From assembly GCA_965261005.1 (NCBI GenBank), contig OZ253375.1:2784001-2848000 (forward strand): 64,000 nt of DNA, written 5' to 3'. The notes beneath the pieces are model-generated. The model had not been told where the DNA came from and did no database searches. It saw only the letters and a list, made by a program, of their open reading frames with translations. The stretch is from Deinococcus sp. GTDB taxonomy: Bacteria > Deinococcota > Deinococci > Deinococcales > Deinococcaceae. Shown one piece after another: positions 35,963 through 48,710 of the stretch. The translations under genes were made by a program, and so were the position numbers. Positions within the stretch are counted from its first letter, which is position 1. Each line of letters opens with the position of its first letter.

Positions 35963-36291
35963 ACGTCTTTCGCACCTTTTGGCGTTGGCTAACCGCGCCC
36001 GATCCCCGGCCGGGCCTGAATCCCGGCAAGCTGGGCAAGCTGCTGCTCAAGTCGCTGCTGTTTGCCCTGGTCGCGGTGACGCTGCAACTGGTGTTGCGCG
36101 CGGCCGGCCTCAGGTTCGTGGACACCATCTGGGGCACCTTTTTGATCGTGCTGCTGGTCTACATTCCCTTCGCGCGCGTGTTGTCGGCGGACTTCGCGCC
36201 GCCGCCGCGCCCGCCGGCGAACGGCAAGAAAATGGCCCGTGTCAAAAAGCGCAAGTACGCCGGCGTGAGAAAGGGCGGGCCACGTCTGTAA
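35959..36291 (+). CDS. Small membrane protein with basic tail
   Basis: Two hydrophobic segments and KKRKYAGVRKGGPRL; coupled to upstream gene. Confidence 0.7.
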   Translation: MNVFRTFWRWLTAPDPRPGLNPGKLGKLLLKSLLFALVAVTLQLVLRAAGLRFVDTIWGTFLIVLLVYIPFARVLSADFAPPPRPPANGKKMARVKKRKYAGVRKGGPRL

Positions 36292-36375
36292 CCCCGCCGC
36301 CGTGCTATACTCCGGCCTGTTGCCCCGCCGAACTGGCGGGCGGTTTCAAAATCATTGCCCGAAGAGGTTGAGATC

Positions 36376-36558
36376 ATGTCCAAGCACCCCGTTCCCAAGA
36401 AGAAGACCAGCAAGTCCAAGCGCGACATGCGCCGCAGCCACCACGCCCTGAGCGTGCCCAACTTGGTCGAGTGCCCCCACTGTCACCAAAAGAAGCTGCA
36501 ACACCACGTCTGCCCCAGCTGCGGCTACTACGAGGGCCGCCAGGTGTTGAGCGTCTGA
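36376..36558 (+). CDS. rpmF: 50S ribosomal protein L32 (Zn-ribbon form)
   Basis: [23 protein letters not shown]...CPSC. Confidence 0.97.
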   Translation: MSKHPVPKKKTSKSKRDMRRSHHALSVPNLVECPHCHQKKLQHHVCPSCGYYEGRQVLSV

Positions 36559-36595
36559 ACGGGCAAGCCCTCTGAGTGCCCTGCGGGGCGCTTTT

Positions 36596-37129
36596 TTATG
36601 GCTCGACTTCTTGTGGCCCGACTTCGTACCTCGCCTTGTGCTCGGCCATTAGGCGCCGGTACTCGGGGTTGGCCTTGGCCGCGTCCCACTTCGCCTTGAA
36701 CATGCGCGCCGACTCGGCCTTGACGGGGTCCTCGGGGGAGCGCGGCAATTCGGCGCGGCCGTGGGCGCCGCTTTGACCCTGTTTGCCTTGCGGAACTGGC
36801 CCCGCGTACTTCTTGCCCCCCTTGTGATTGGCGTAGCGCCGGGCGCGGGTGTAGCCCATCTGCAAGAACTTCCGGGCCATGTCGGCTCCCACGAAGTCGC
36901 CCGACTCCAGATAAGCCAAGAACATCTGGTACAGGGTCTCGCTGCTTTCCGAGGCGACCTCCGGCGTGGCGAAGCGCCAGTGGGGCAGCAACTCGGCCTT
37001 GTAGGGCTGTACCAACAGCACGCCCTGCTCCCCCTTCCCCACCCGGTACAGCTCGGGACGGTCGCGCAAGTTCAGGGTGCGGTAATCGAGGTTGTAGTCA
37101 AAGCCTTTGCTCACGAAGCCCTTGCTCAT
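36596..37129 (-). CDS. DUF4385 family protein
   Basis: YRVGKGEQGVLLVQPYK, DMARKFLQMGYTRARRYANHKGG. Confidence 0.85.
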   Translation of the reverse strand: MSKGFVSKGFDYNLDYRTLNLRDRPELYRVGKGEQGVLLVQPYKAELLPHWRFATPEVASESSETLYQMFLAYLESGDFVGADMARKFLQMGYTRARRYANHKGGKKYAGPVPQGKQGQSGAHGRAELPRSPEDPVKAESARMFKAKWDAAKANPEYRRLMAEHKARYEVGPQEVEP

Positions 37130-38025
37130 GGCGCGGCCCGCCACAGCCAACGGTTGCCCCGCACGAAGCTCTCCACCTCGCCTCGCTCTCCCAGTTCGAC
37201 CAGGTGGGCGCCCACGACGCTGCGGTTGAGGACGGCCTCGCTGGGCGTCTGCATGTGGATGTCCAAGTTGTCGCAGACGCGGGCCAGCAACTCGTCGAGG
37301 GTTCCTGGCTCCGCCGTCGCCCGCCGCACCGCCGCCGTGGTGCGCCCGTAAGCGTCCAGGTTGACCCGCGCCAGCTCGGCCAAGTCCCCCGTCGGCTCGC
37401 CGTGGCTGGGCAAGGTGACGCGCACGCCCTGAAGCGCGCCCAACCTGCGCGCGCTTTCTTTTTGCAGGGCGCTGTCCATGCAGAAGGTTAGGGGATGCTT
37501 CTCCAGCACCTCCGGCCCGAACAGCGCGTCGGCGGCGAAGAGGACGTCCCCGACGCGCACGGCGAACATCATGCTGGCGTGGCCGGCCACCTCGATCAGC
37601 TCCAGCGTCACGCCGGCCAGCTTCACCAGGCCCGGCTCGGGGGCCAGGCGGGCGTTCGAGGCCGCGCCCATCAGGAACTTGTTTTGTAGCGCTCTCGGCG
37701 GGCGGGCGCCGAACAGATACAGCGGCTCCAGGATGGGGGAGCGCAGCACCGCCTCCTCCAGGGGGGGCGCGAAGACCTTGATCCCCGGCACGCGCGCCTC
37801 GATCACGGCGTTGCCGCCGTAGTGGTCGGCGTGGCTGTGGGTGTTGAGAATCGCGCGGGGCGTCAGGCCGCGCGCCGAGAGGACCCTCAGCAGCAGCTTG
37901 CCGCGCGACGCGTCCAGCCCGGTGTCCACGATCAGGGCGCCGCCCGCGCCGTCTTCGAGCACCAGTTGGTTGACCGCGCCCGGCAGGGAGTGGACGCCGG
38001 GGGAGAGCGGAACGAGGTCGGCCAC
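37126..38025 (-). CDS. MBL-fold metallo-hydrolase
   Basis: [24 protein letters not shown]. Confidence 0.88.
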   Translation of the reverse strand: MADLVPLSPGVHSLPGAVNQLVLEDGAGGALIVDTGLDASRGKLLLRVLSARGLTPRAILNTHSHADHYGGNAVIEARVPGIKVFAPPLEEAVLRSPILEPLYLFGARPPRALQNKFLMGAASNARLAPEPGLVKLAGVTLELIEVAGHASMMFAVRVGDVLFAADALFGPEVLEKHPLTFCMDSALQKESARRLGALQGVRVTLPSHGEPTGDLAELARVNLDAYGRTTAAVRRATAEPGTLDELLARVCDNLDIHMQTPSEAVLNRSVVGAHLVELGERGEVESFVRGNRWLWRAAP

Positions 38026-38065
38026 GCCCCAAGGTAGCGCGTACACTGAGGCCACGGAGGAACCC

Positions 38066-39370
38066 ATGTTCAAGCCCCAGACTGCCCTGGCCCTGCTGGC
38101 TCTTGCCGCCCTCGGCGCGCAGGCCCAGCAAAACCGCGTGGACACCATTCGCCCAGACGCCCCGGCCCTGGCGCCCTACGGCAAGTACAACGTCGGCGTG
38201 CAGACCCTCAGGCTGGTTCACGCCGGCCAGGTGGACGTGCTGAACGCCAAGGCGGGCCAGCCGAACCCCGTCTATGACCGTCCCCTGACGGTGGAGGTGT
38301 GGTATCCGGCCAATTTGAACGGGCGGGCGCCGGGGGGCGAGTACACCGTCGTCACGCGCGACCCGAAGGTTGAGGCGACCCTGACCGGCCGCGCCGTGCG
38401 GGACGCGGCGCCCGACCCCAGCGGCGGGCCGTACCCGCTTATCATCATCTCGCACGGCTATCCCGGCAACCGCTACCTGCTGAGCGACCTGGGCGAGAAC
38501 CTCGCCAGCAAGGGCTACGTGACCGTCTCCATCGACCACACCGACAGCACCTACAGCGACCAGGGCGCCTTTGCCAGCACGCTGCTCAACCGGCCGCTCG
38601 ACCAGCTGTTTGTTCTCGACGAGATGGCGCGCCTGAACGGCGAGGACGGCTTCCTGAAGGGATTGGTCAACGCGGACGACACCGGCCTGATCGGCTACTC
38701 GATGGGCGCCTACGGGGCGGTCAACGTGATCGGGGGCGGCTTCACGGCGCAGAGCGTGAAGCTCCCCTTCGCGCCCCCGGGCGACCTGCTCGCGCGGCGG
38801 CAGGCGGGCAACCCCGAGTACCGAGCCAGCCTGGACGGGCGCATCAAGGCGGCCATCGCCATCGCGCCGTGGGGCTGGAACGCGGGCTTTTGGGACGCGG
38901 CGGGCCTGGCGGGCGTCAAGACGCCGGTGCTGTTCATGGCCGGCAGCGTGGACGACGTGGCCGGCTACTCCCCCGGCGTGCGCAACATCTTTGAGGGGGC
39001 CGTCAACGCCGACCGCTACCTGCTGACCTTCCAGAACGCCAACCACAACGCCGCCGCCCCCATCCCCGCGCCCCTAGAGACGTGGCAGCCCGGTCCCACG
39101 GCCGGTTTGAACCCTTTTGAGCACTACGCCGACCCGGTCTGGGACACGGCGCGCATGAACAACGTCGCCGAGCACTTCGCCACCGCTTTCTTCGGCGAGT
39201 ACCTCAAAAAGGACCCGGCCATGCGTGACTACCTGAACCTGACCGAGAATTCGAGTGACGGCAAATACTCGGTGGACAAGGACGGCCAGCCGCTGCCGGA
39301 CTTCACCTATTGGAAGGGCTTTCCCAACCGCACGGCGGTGGGGCTGCGCCTGGAGCACCTGAGACCTTGA
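38066..39370 (+). CDS. Secreted alpha/beta hydrolase (dienelactone hydrolase/PAF-AH-like)
   Basis: Signal peptide, SHGYPG, GYSMG nucleophile elbow, DDV, ANHN. Confidence 0.85.
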   Translation: MFKPQTALALLALAALGAQAQQNRVDTIRPDAPALAPYGKYNVGVQTLRLVHAGQVDVLNAKAGQPNPVYDRPLTVEVWYPANLNGRAPGGEYTVVTRDPKVEATLTGRAVRDAAPDPSGGPYPLIIISHGYPGNRYLLSDLGENLASKGYVTVSIDHTDSTYSDQGAFASTLLNRPLDQLFVLDEMARLNGEDGFLKGLVNADDTGLIGYSMGAYGAVNVIGGGFTAQSVKLPFAPPGDLLARRQAGNPEYRASLDGRIKAAIAIAPWGWNAGFWDAAGLAGVKTPVLFMAGSVDDVAGYSPGVRNIFEGAVNADRYLLTFQNANHNAAAPIPAPLETWQPGPTAGLNPFEHYADPVWDTARMNNVAEHFATAFFGEYLKKDPAMRDYLNLTENSSDGKYSVDKDGQPLPDFTYWKGFPNRTAVGLRLEHLRP

Positions 39371-40287
39371 GCAGTCCAAAACGCCAACCGAACCGCCCGG
39401 TCACGCTGCTGATCAATGGCCGCTCGCGCACGGGGGAGGCCCAGTTTGAACTGGCCGTGGCCGCCCTGCGGGGGGTGGGCCTGGAGCCGACGCCCCGCTT
39501 GGTCCTGGGCGTTCCCCACGCCGAGGACTTGCTTCAGCGTGAGGTGGAGTTGGGCGCGGCGCTGGTCGTCGTGGGCGGCGGCGACGGCACGCTGTCGCAG
39601 GCGGCGGGCATGCTGGCCGGCACGGAGACGGCGCTGGGCATCTTGCCGCTGGGCAGCGGCAACACCTTCGCGCGCAGCGTGGGCGTGCCGCGGGAATTGG
39701 CCGAGGCCGCGCGGGTGATTGCGGCCGGGTCGGTGCGCGCGGTGGACGTGGGCGTGGTGAACGGGCGGGTGTTTCTCAACAGCGTCGCGCTGGGCTTGTC
39801 GGCGGACATGGCGCGTCATTTGGACGCGGGGGCGAAACAGCGCCTCGGCCTGTTGGCGTGGCCGCTGGTGGGGGCGCGGGAGCTGTGGCGCCACCAGCCG
39901 CTCGACCTCAAGTTGGAGTACGACGGCGGGGAGCGGCGCCTCACGACCCACCAACTCGCGCTGGTGAACGGGCGCTACTTGGCCGGTCCCCTGCTCGCCA
40001 CGCCGGGCGCCTCGGTGCAGGACCGCCGCTTGGAGGTGCTGTCTTACGGCGGCGCCAGCCTGACCTCGCTGCTGCTGGCCGGCGCGCGCTGGGCGTTGGC
40101 GGGCCGGAACCGCCGCCCCGGCGTTCGCCTGTTTGACGCGCGGCGCGTCCGGGTGAAGATCGTGGGCGGCGAGGCGTGGCTCAGCGCGGACGGGGAGGTC
40201 CGGCAGGTGAGTGAACTCGACGTGTCGCTGCGGCCCGGCGCCCTGCGCGTGGTGACGCCAAAGGACTTCGAGCCGGAGCAGGTGTAG
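39367..40287 (+). CDS. Diacylglycerol/lipid kinase family (YegS-like)
   Basis: [22 protein letters not shown]. Confidence 0.88.
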   Translation: MSSPKRQPNRPVTLLINGRSRTGEAQFELAVAALRGVGLEPTPRLVLGVPHAEDLLQREVELGAALVVVGGGDGTLSQAAGMLAGTETALGILPLGSGNTFARSVGVPRELAEAARVIAAGSVRAVDVGVVNGRVFLNSVALGLSADMARHLDAGAKQRLGLLAWPLVGARELWRHQPLDLKLEYDGGERRLTTHQLALVNGRYLAGPLLATPGASVQDRRLEVLSYGGASLTSLLLAGARWALAGRNRRPGVRLFDARRVRVKIVGGEAWLSADGEVRQVSELDVSLRPGALRVVTPKDFEPEQV

Positions 40288-40330
40288 GACGGGGCGCACA
40301 GCGGGACGGGCAAATCCTCTAGCATGCGGA

Positions 40331-41488
40331 ATGGCCTCTTACCTTCACGCAATCGGGACCGCCGTGCCGGAGACGGTCTTGCCGCAAGCGTTTTCCCGTG
40401 ACCTGCTCAGGGAACAGCCCGAACTCGACCGGCGGGCGCGGCGCCTCGTGCCGGCCATCTTCGACGCCTCGGCCATCGAGCGGCGCCACACGGCCGTTTC
40501 CGAGATGCTGCGCGGAAAGGACGAGCCGGCCGGCCTCTTCTTCGACCCGGCCACCCGGCGCTTGCTGAACCCGAGTACCGGCGTTCGCAACGATTTCTAC
40601 GCCGAGGCCGCCGCCAAGCTGTTCGTGGCCGCCGCGCAGGATGTTCTGGGAGCCTGTGACGGCGTCGCGGCGGCGGACGTCACCCACGTCGTCACAGTTT
40701 CCTGCACCGGCTTTTTCGCGCCCGGTCCTGACTACGCGGTGGTGCGCGCCCTGGGCCTTGCGCCCAGCGTGCAGCGCTTCCACTTGGGCTTTATGGGCTG
40801 CTACGCCGCCTTTCCCGCGCTCAAGCTGGCCAAAGCCTTTTGTGAGGCGGACCCGGAAGCGGTCGTGCTCTTGGTCTGCGCTGAGCTGTGCTCGATTCAC
40901 GTGCGCGCCTCCAGCGACCCCGACAGCCTGATCGCCAACTCGGTGTTCGCCGACGGGGCCGCCGCCGCCCTCGTGAGCGCGCGTCGGCCGGCGGCCGGCG
41001 CGGGGGCGCTGCGGCTCGACCACTTCGAGACGACCCTGACGCCGACGGGGGAGCGCGACATGGCTTGGAAAATCGGCGACCAAGGCTTCGAGATGGTCTT
41101 GAGCACCTACGTGCCGCACATCATCGAAGAGCACATCCACGGCGCGCTGGCCCCCCTGCTGGCTCACGACGGGACCGAATATACGGGCGTCCGGCACTGG
41201 GCCATTCACCCCGGTGGGCGTAGCATTCTCGACAAGGTGTAGGCGAGCCTGGCCCTCAGCGACGCGCAACTCGGCCCTTCGCGTGAGGTGTTGCGCGACT
41301 ACGGCAACATGAGCAGCGCCACCGTGCTGTTCATCTTGAAGCGCATTTTGGAAGAGACCGGCGGCGTGGGCGGCCAGCGGCTGGACGGCGAGCGGGTGGG
41401 CGCGGTGGCCTTTGGGCCGGGCCTCACGGTGGAAAGCGGCTTGATGACCCACCTGCCGGCCGTGGCCCTGCGCGCCGCCGCCGATTGA
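40331..41488 (+). pseudogene. Type III polyketide synthase interrupted by in-frame TAG (41240-41242)
   Basis: VSCTG, catalytic FMGCY, ELCS, FADGAAA, HPGG; after the stop the frame continues ASLALSDAQL..YGNMSS..FGPGLTVE. Confidence 0.85.
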
Positions 41489-41498
41489 CGGGGGCCGC

Positions 41499-42203
41499 TT
41501 GATGCTGCCCCTGGCCCGGCGCGCCCCCCAAGCGCGCGAGCGCATGGACGCCCCCGACTGCGACCCCGCCACCCTGCGACGCACCTACCGGCAATTTCGG
41601 GTGATCAACGCCGTGGTGGCCGGCTGGCGCGCGGTGTACCTGCGCGAGCTGCGCCCGCTGCTCTCCGCCGACCGGCCCAGCACCCTGCTCGACATCGGCA
41701 GCGGCGGGGGCGACCTGCCGCTGAACCTCGCCCGCTGGGCGGCGCGGGATGGTCTGAAGCTGCATATTACGGCCGTCGATCCGGACGCACGCGCCATTCA
41801 GTATGCCCGCAGCCTGCCCCAGCGGCCGGACGTGAAGTTTGTGCAGGCGACCAGCGATGACGTGCTGGCACGCGGACAGATTTTCGACTTCGTCACCTCG
41901 AACCACCTGCTGCACCACCTCAGCGCGGATGAGCTGGGCGCGCTGCTGCGCGACTGCGAGGTTCTGGGCCGGGTCAAGGTCGTCCACGGTGACATTGAGC
42001 GCAGCCCCGTCGCCTACGCCGCCTTCGGGCTGGGCACCTGGCCCTTCTTTCGCGGCTCCTTTATTCGCGAGGACGGTTTGACCTCGATTCGGCGCAGCTA
42101 CACGGCGGCCGAGCTGGGGGCCGCCGTGCCGCCGAACTGGACCGTCAAGCGACAGTTCCCGTACCGCAACCTGCTGATCTACGCGCCCGGAAATCCGGCC
42201 TGA
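41499..42203 (+). CDS. SAM-dependent methyltransferase of the type III PKS cluster
   Basis: ERMD, LLDIGSGGGD, NHLLHH, DGLTSIRRSY. Confidence 0.88.
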   Translation: MMLPLARRAPQARERMDAPDCDPATLRRTYRQFRVINAVVAGWRAVYLRELRPLLSADRPSTLLDIGSGGGDLPLNLARWAARDGLKLHITAVDPDARAIQYARSLPQRPDVKFVQATSDDVLARGQIFDFVTSNHLLHHLSADELGALLRDCEVLGRVKVVHGDIERSPVAYAAFGLGTWPFFRGSFIREDGLTSIRRSYTAAELGAAVPPNWTVKRQFPYRNLLIYAPGNPA

Positions 42204-43324
42204 TGCTGGACGTTATCGTCGTCGGGGGTGGGCCGGTCGGTCTGTTCCTGGCCTGCCTGCTCGCTCGGCGCGGCCTGAGCGTGCGGGTGTTGGAGCGCCG
42301 CACCGAACGAAGCGGCCACTCGCGCGCCATCGGCATTCACCCGCCGGCCCTGGAGGCCTTTGAGGAGATCGGCCTGACCGGGCGGCTGCTGGAGAACGGC
42401 GTGCGCATCGCGGGCGGCCTGCTGCGGGGTGAGCGCGAGGTGCTGGGCGAGCTGACCTTTGCGGGCGTCTCTGGGCGCTACCCCTTTATCGTGTCGCTGC
42501 CCCAGCACGACACCGAAGAATTGCTGGAGCGGCGCCTGGGCGAGCTGGCCCCGGACGCGCTCAGGCGGGGGGCGCGGGTCACACGGCTACAAGATTGCGG
42601 CGCCCACGTCCGCGTGACCTTTGATACCCCGGAGGGCGAACAACACCTGAGGGCGCGCTTCGTGGTCGGCGCGGACGGGGTACAAAGCGTGGTCCGGCAG
42701 CTTATGGGCGTTCCTACGGTCGGGCGAACCTACGCCGACACCTACCTGATGGGCGACTACCCGGACACCACCGTGTACGGCGCGGCGGCCGTGATCTCGC
42801 TGCCAAGCGGCGGCGTGGTGGAGTCCTTTCCGCTGCCGGGGGGCAAACGGCGCTGGGTGGTTCGCACCGGCAGCCTGCGGCGGAACGCGACCGCGCACGA
42901 CCTCAGCGCGCTCGTGTGGGCGCGCACGGGCTTGCACGTACCGGCGGGGGAGAACAGCATGCTCAGCGCCTTTGGGGTGCGCCGCCACGTCGCCGCGCGC
43001 ATGTCGAGCGGCAGGGTCATGCTGATCGGGGACGCCGCGCACGAGGTCAGCCCCATCGGCGGGCAGGGCATGAACCTGGGCTGGCTGGACGCGGCGGCCC
43101 TGGCCCCGCTGCTGGCGCGGGGTCAGCGGGACTTGCGCGCCTTTGGGCGCGCCCGCCGCCGCTCGGCGCAGGTCGCCGCCACCCAGGCCGAGCTGAACAT
43201 GCTGATGGGCCGGCCCCTCGGCAGCCCGCGCCTGCGGCGGGAGCGCGAGGCGCTACTGCATAGGCTGCTGGCCTCCCCGCTGGCCTCGCTGCTGGCGCGC
43301 GCCTTTACCATGCGCTGGCTGTGA
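42203..43324 (+). CDS. FAD-dependent monooxygenase (UbiH-like)
   Basis: VVGGGPVG, VGADG, GDAAH..SPIGGQGMNLG. Confidence 0.9.
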   Translation: MLDVIVVGGGPVGLFLACLLARRGLSVRVLERRTERSGHSRAIGIHPPALEAFEEIGLTGRLLENGVRIAGGLLRGEREVLGELTFAGVSGRYPFIVSLPQHDTEELLERRLGELAPDALRRGARVTRLQDCGAHVRVTFDTPEGEQHLRARFVVGADGVQSVVRQLMGVPTVGRTYADTYLMGDYPDTTVYGAAAVISLPSGGVVESFPLPGGKRRWVVRTGSLRRNATAHDLSALVWARTGLHVPAGENSMLSAFGVRRHVAARMSSGRVMLIGDAAHEVSPIGGQGMNLGWLDAAALAPLLARGQRDLRAFGRARRRSAQVAATQAELNMLMGRPLGSPRLRREREALLHRLLASPLASLLARAFTMRWL

Positions 43325-44557
<1,233 letters not shown>

Positions 44558-44660
44558 GCCGCCCAGCATAGCGTCCTTGACCAGGGCGGCTTCTATTCGG
44601 TATAGTCCCCTTTGCTGGACACCGAGGCGCGACCGCGCTCAGCGCGGCGAGCCGTTGGAA

Positions 44661-44770
<110 letters not shown>

Positions 44771-44782
44771 GTCTTCGTGCGG

Positions 44783-45241
44783 TTATGCCGATTCTGGAAT
44801 GGAAAGCGGCAGCTCGAAACGCACCTCTTCCGGCTCTGTAGCCCTGAAGACCAGCGTCGCCTCAAAGCCCAGCGCCGCCGCGAAGCGGGCGATGGTGTCG
44901 AGCTTGGCGTTCTCGCCGCGCTCCAAGTGCGCGACGCGCGAGCGGGTGATGCCCAAGGCGTCCCCGACCTCCTGCAAGGTCTTGTGCCGCTCGGCGCGCA
45001 GGGCTGCCAGCACCTTGCCGAGGGACTGCTCGACGTACAGGCGCTCGACCTCGGCCGCTAGTTCGTTCGGGGTCATCTCCACGACCAGGCCGCGCGCGAG
45101 CAGCTCGTCGTCGGTGAACGGGGAGGTCTCCATGCCCGCAGCAGCATTGAGCATCTCGACCATTTCGGCATCGGGGAGTTCGTCCAGGTTCAGCTGCTCT
45201 TGCCACTCCTGCGCGGTCTTGTCGGCACGTTCCCAAATCAT
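44783..45241 (-). CDS. Xre-family HTH protein (HigA-like antitoxin)
   Basis: LAALRAERHKTLQEVGDALGITRSRVAHLERG; ATGA-coupled to upstream toxin-like gene. Confidence 0.78.
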   Translation of the reverse strand: MIWERADKTAQEWQEQLNLDELPDAEMVEMLNAAAGMETSPFTDDELLARGLVVEMTPNELAAEVERLYVEQSLGKVLAALRAERHKTLQEVGDALGITRSRVAHLERGENAKLDTIARFAAALGFEATLVFRATEPEEVRFELPLSIPESA

Positions 45242-45600
45242 GATGTTCTCCGATCTTCGCAGTAGGCGCGAAGGGCTTCGTTCAGCTTGGCGGTGCTGGC
45301 CTGCGTCCCTTCCTTGGTTTCCGCGCCACACAGCACTGGCAGATTGTTGCGCGACCGGAAGAAGTAGACGCGCGCCCCGCCCTTCTCGCCGCCGCGCGCT
45401 CTTGTCTTGAGTCCTCACACCGGGGTGCCGTGCAGGGCCTTGACAAAGCAGCTCTCGCGGCCGTTCAAAGCGAGGTCGCCCACCATGCGGATGATGGCGG
45501 TCACGGCCTCGTCCTGCCGCCCAGCGCGCATGGCGAGCAAATCCTCCACGATCATGCTGCGCTCGCTGCCCGCGCGCTTAGCCTGGAGAAGCTTGGGCAC
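45238..45600 (-). pseudogene. RelE/HigB-like toxin interrupted by in-frame TGA (45415-45417)
   Basis: VKALHGTPV*GLKTRARGGEKGGARVYFF; the stop sits where Trp is expected and the frame runs to the antitoxin start. Confidence 0.65.
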
Positions 45601-45648
45601 GTGTTTATACTACAGTAAACAGCCTCGTGCTTTCCATGTCGCTGCCGG

Positions 45649-46617
<969 letters not shown>

Positions 46618-46746
46618 GTGAAGAGAGTAGAGCGTGGAAGGTGGCGCGTGGAGGACGTGGTCACGATTGCCGCACACGCCTTTGTCTTCGCTTAATCACC
46701 TAATTTGAGCCCACGCTATCTATGTTTTATGTTACCCGTAACTGCT

Positions 46747-47024
46747 TACGGCCCCTTCGAGCGCAACACCAGCAACGGCGGCGCGGCGGCCGGTGATGGC
46801 AAATCCCTCACCCTGAACGGCACGGTGTACAAGATTGGTCTGGGCGTCCACGCCGCGTCCGAGCTGGTCTACCCCTTGGGCGGCCAGTGCAAGGTCTTCA
46901 CGGCGTCCGTCGGCGTGGACGACGAGGTGGGCGACAATGGCAGCGTCGTCTTCCAGGTCTTCGCCGACGGGACCAAGCTGTTCGACAGCGGCAAGATGAC
47001 CGGAGCGAGCGCAACCCAGAACGT
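46747..47024 (+). pseudogene. Orphan NPCBM/NEW2 carbohydrate-binding domain fragment
   Basis: YGPFERNTSNG..DGKSLTLNG..GLGVHA..FTASVGVDDEV..GSVVFQVFADGTKLFDSG; no credible start or end. Confidence 0.75.
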
Positions 47025-47210
47025 ATGTGATGAGCGGGTGTTCTGCTGCTGGCGGTGGTTGAGCAAGATTTGGAAGGGGTCGTGACCGGCGAGGCGTGCG
47101 GTCTGGGTGAGCGACTTGAAGATGGCGTAGGCTTCGCTGCCCCCGGTCGTCTTGCTGCACTGCGAGACCTTGCGCGCGATCACCGCCGGTCGCAAGGCCC
47201 GTTCCGCTGC
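47025..47210 (-). mobile_element. IS66-family transposase C-terminal remnant
   Basis: AAERALRPAVIARKVSQCSKT..G, typical IS66 TnpC C-terminus. Confidence 0.7.
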
Positions 47211-47240
47211 TTATTTATAAGGCGAGCAGCACCCTCACTT

Positions 47241-48239
47241 TTAATTGCTCAAGAACCGCCCGCCCTCTTCCTCGCGGTGGTACGGCAAGCCCAAGTGGTC
47301 GTAGGCGTGCGCCGTCACGACCCGGCCCCTGGGGGTGCGCTTGAGAAAGCCGAGTTGGATCAGGTACGGCTCGTAGACGTCCTCAATGGTGTTGGCGTCC
47401 TCGGAAAGGGCCGTCGCCAGGGTGTCCACGCCCACCGGCCCGCCCGCGAAGCGGTGGACCATCGCTTCGAGCAGCTTGATGTCGCGCTCGTCCAGGCCCG
47501 CCGAGTCGAGGCCCAGCTTGTCGAGGGCGTCGTGGGCGCGTGGAAGCGAGATGCCCGTCTCGCCCGCCACCTCGGCGTAGTCGCGCACCCGGCGCAGCCA
47601 CCGCTTGGCGATGCGCATGGTGCCGCGCGACCGGGCGCCGATCTCCAGCGCGGCGTCCTCGTTCAGGCCGTAGCCGGTCAGGCGCGCGTCGCGCAGCAGG
47701 CCGGTCGCCAGCTCCTCCGGCGTGTAGTACTCCAAATGTTCGATGATGCCGAAGCGCGAGCGCATGGGGGCCGTGATCAAACCGGGGCGGGTGGTCGCGC
47801 CAACCAAGGTGAAGCGCGGAATCGGCAGCTCGATGGTCCGCGCCGCCGGCCCCTGGCCCAGCACGATGTCCAGCTTGAAGTCCTCCATCGCGGGGTAGAG
47901 GTGCTCCTCGGCCACCCGGCCCAGGCGGTGAATCTCGTCTATAAAGAGCACGTCGCCCTCTTCGAGCGAGTTGGTCAGAATGGCCGCCAGGTCGCCGGGC
48001 TTCTCGATGGCCGGGCCGGAGGTGACCCGGACGTTCACGCCCATTTCGTGGGCGATGATGTGCGCCAGGGTGGTCTTGCCGAGGCCGGGCGGCCCGAACA
48101 GCAGCGTGTGGTCGAGGGCCTCGGCGCGCCGCTTGGCTGCCATCAGGTACACCGAGAGCTTTTCCTTGAGGCGCGCTTGCCCCACGTAGTCGCTCAGCGT
48201 CTTGGGCCGCAGCGTCAGGTCGCTTTCCATGTCCGTCAT
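47241..48239 (-). CDS. ruvB: Holliday junction branch migration helicase (start may be ATG 48230)
   Basis: [32 protein letters not shown]. Confidence 0.97.
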   Translation of the reverse strand: MTDMESDLTLRPKTLSDYVGQARLKEKLSVYLMAAKRRAEALDHTLLFGPPGLGKTTLAHIIAHEMGVNVRVTSGPAIEKPGDLAAILTNSLEEGDVLFIDEIHRLGRVAEEHLYPAMEDFKLDIVLGQGPAARTIELPIPRFTLVGATTRPGLITAPMRSRFGIIEHLEYYTPEELATGLLRDARLTGYGLNEDAALEIGARSRGTMRIAKRWLRRVRDYAEVAGETGISLPRAHDALDKLGLDSAGLDERDIKLLEAMVHRFAGGPVGVDTLATALSEDANTIEDVYEPYLIQLGFLKRTPRGRVVTAHAYDHLGLPYHREEEGGRFLSN

Positions 48240-48240
48240 A

Positions 48241-48257
48241 TTACGCTATTTACGAAA
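48241..48257. promoter_or_regulatory. RDRM (DdrO operator) at the ruvB promoter
   Basis: TTACG-ctattta-CGAAA directly upstream of ruvB, a known RDR regulon gene. Confidence 0.85.
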
Positions 48258-48281
48258 TGAGGGCGAGGGGGAAGGGCGCTA

Positions 48282-48710
48282 TCAGAGCATATTCGGCGCC
48301 GAGATGACTGTCAGGCTTCGGACACCTGCGAAGTCGGCGGCGTTGTGGGTGACGAGGGGGCACCCCAGGGCGAGGGCGGTGGCGGCGATCCAGGCGTCGG
48401 CGGGGTCAATGCGTTTGCCTGCGTGTGAAGCGCCAACTCGAACGGCGGCCCACTGGGCACACAAGGGCGGGTCGCCGTACACGATGTTGAAGGGTGCGAC
48501 GAAGTTCAGCAGGGCTTGTGTTCTACGTGCCCCCCAGCGGTTCTTCAGGGACCACTCGCTCAGTTCGCCCAGCGTTTGAAAGGAGACAATGCCCTCGTAC
48601 CCGCCAATCAGGCGGGCGTAACTGGGGCCAAGGCCGTGGCCTTTGAAAATGTAGCTGATAACGTTGGTGTCAACGACGATTTTCTGTCCTAGTGAATAGC
48701 CAGGAATCAC
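48282..48710 (-). CDS. PIN-domain (VapC-like) toxin
   Basis: VVDTNVIS, TLGEL, DAWIAATA, LVTHNAADF; GTGA-coupled to upstream gene. Confidence 0.88.
   Translation of the reverse strand: MIPGYSLGQKIVVDTNVISYIFKGHGLGPSYARLIGGYEGIVSFQTLGELSEWSLKNRWGARRTQALLNFVAPFNIVYGDPPLCAQWAAVRVGASHAGKRIDPADAWIAATALALGCPLVTHNAADFAGVRSLTVISAPNML

Noticed and set aside
46725..46741. RDRM-like TTATG...CGTAA upstream of cysK
   Set aside because: Spacer is 5 nt rather than 7, and it overlaps the possible IS end
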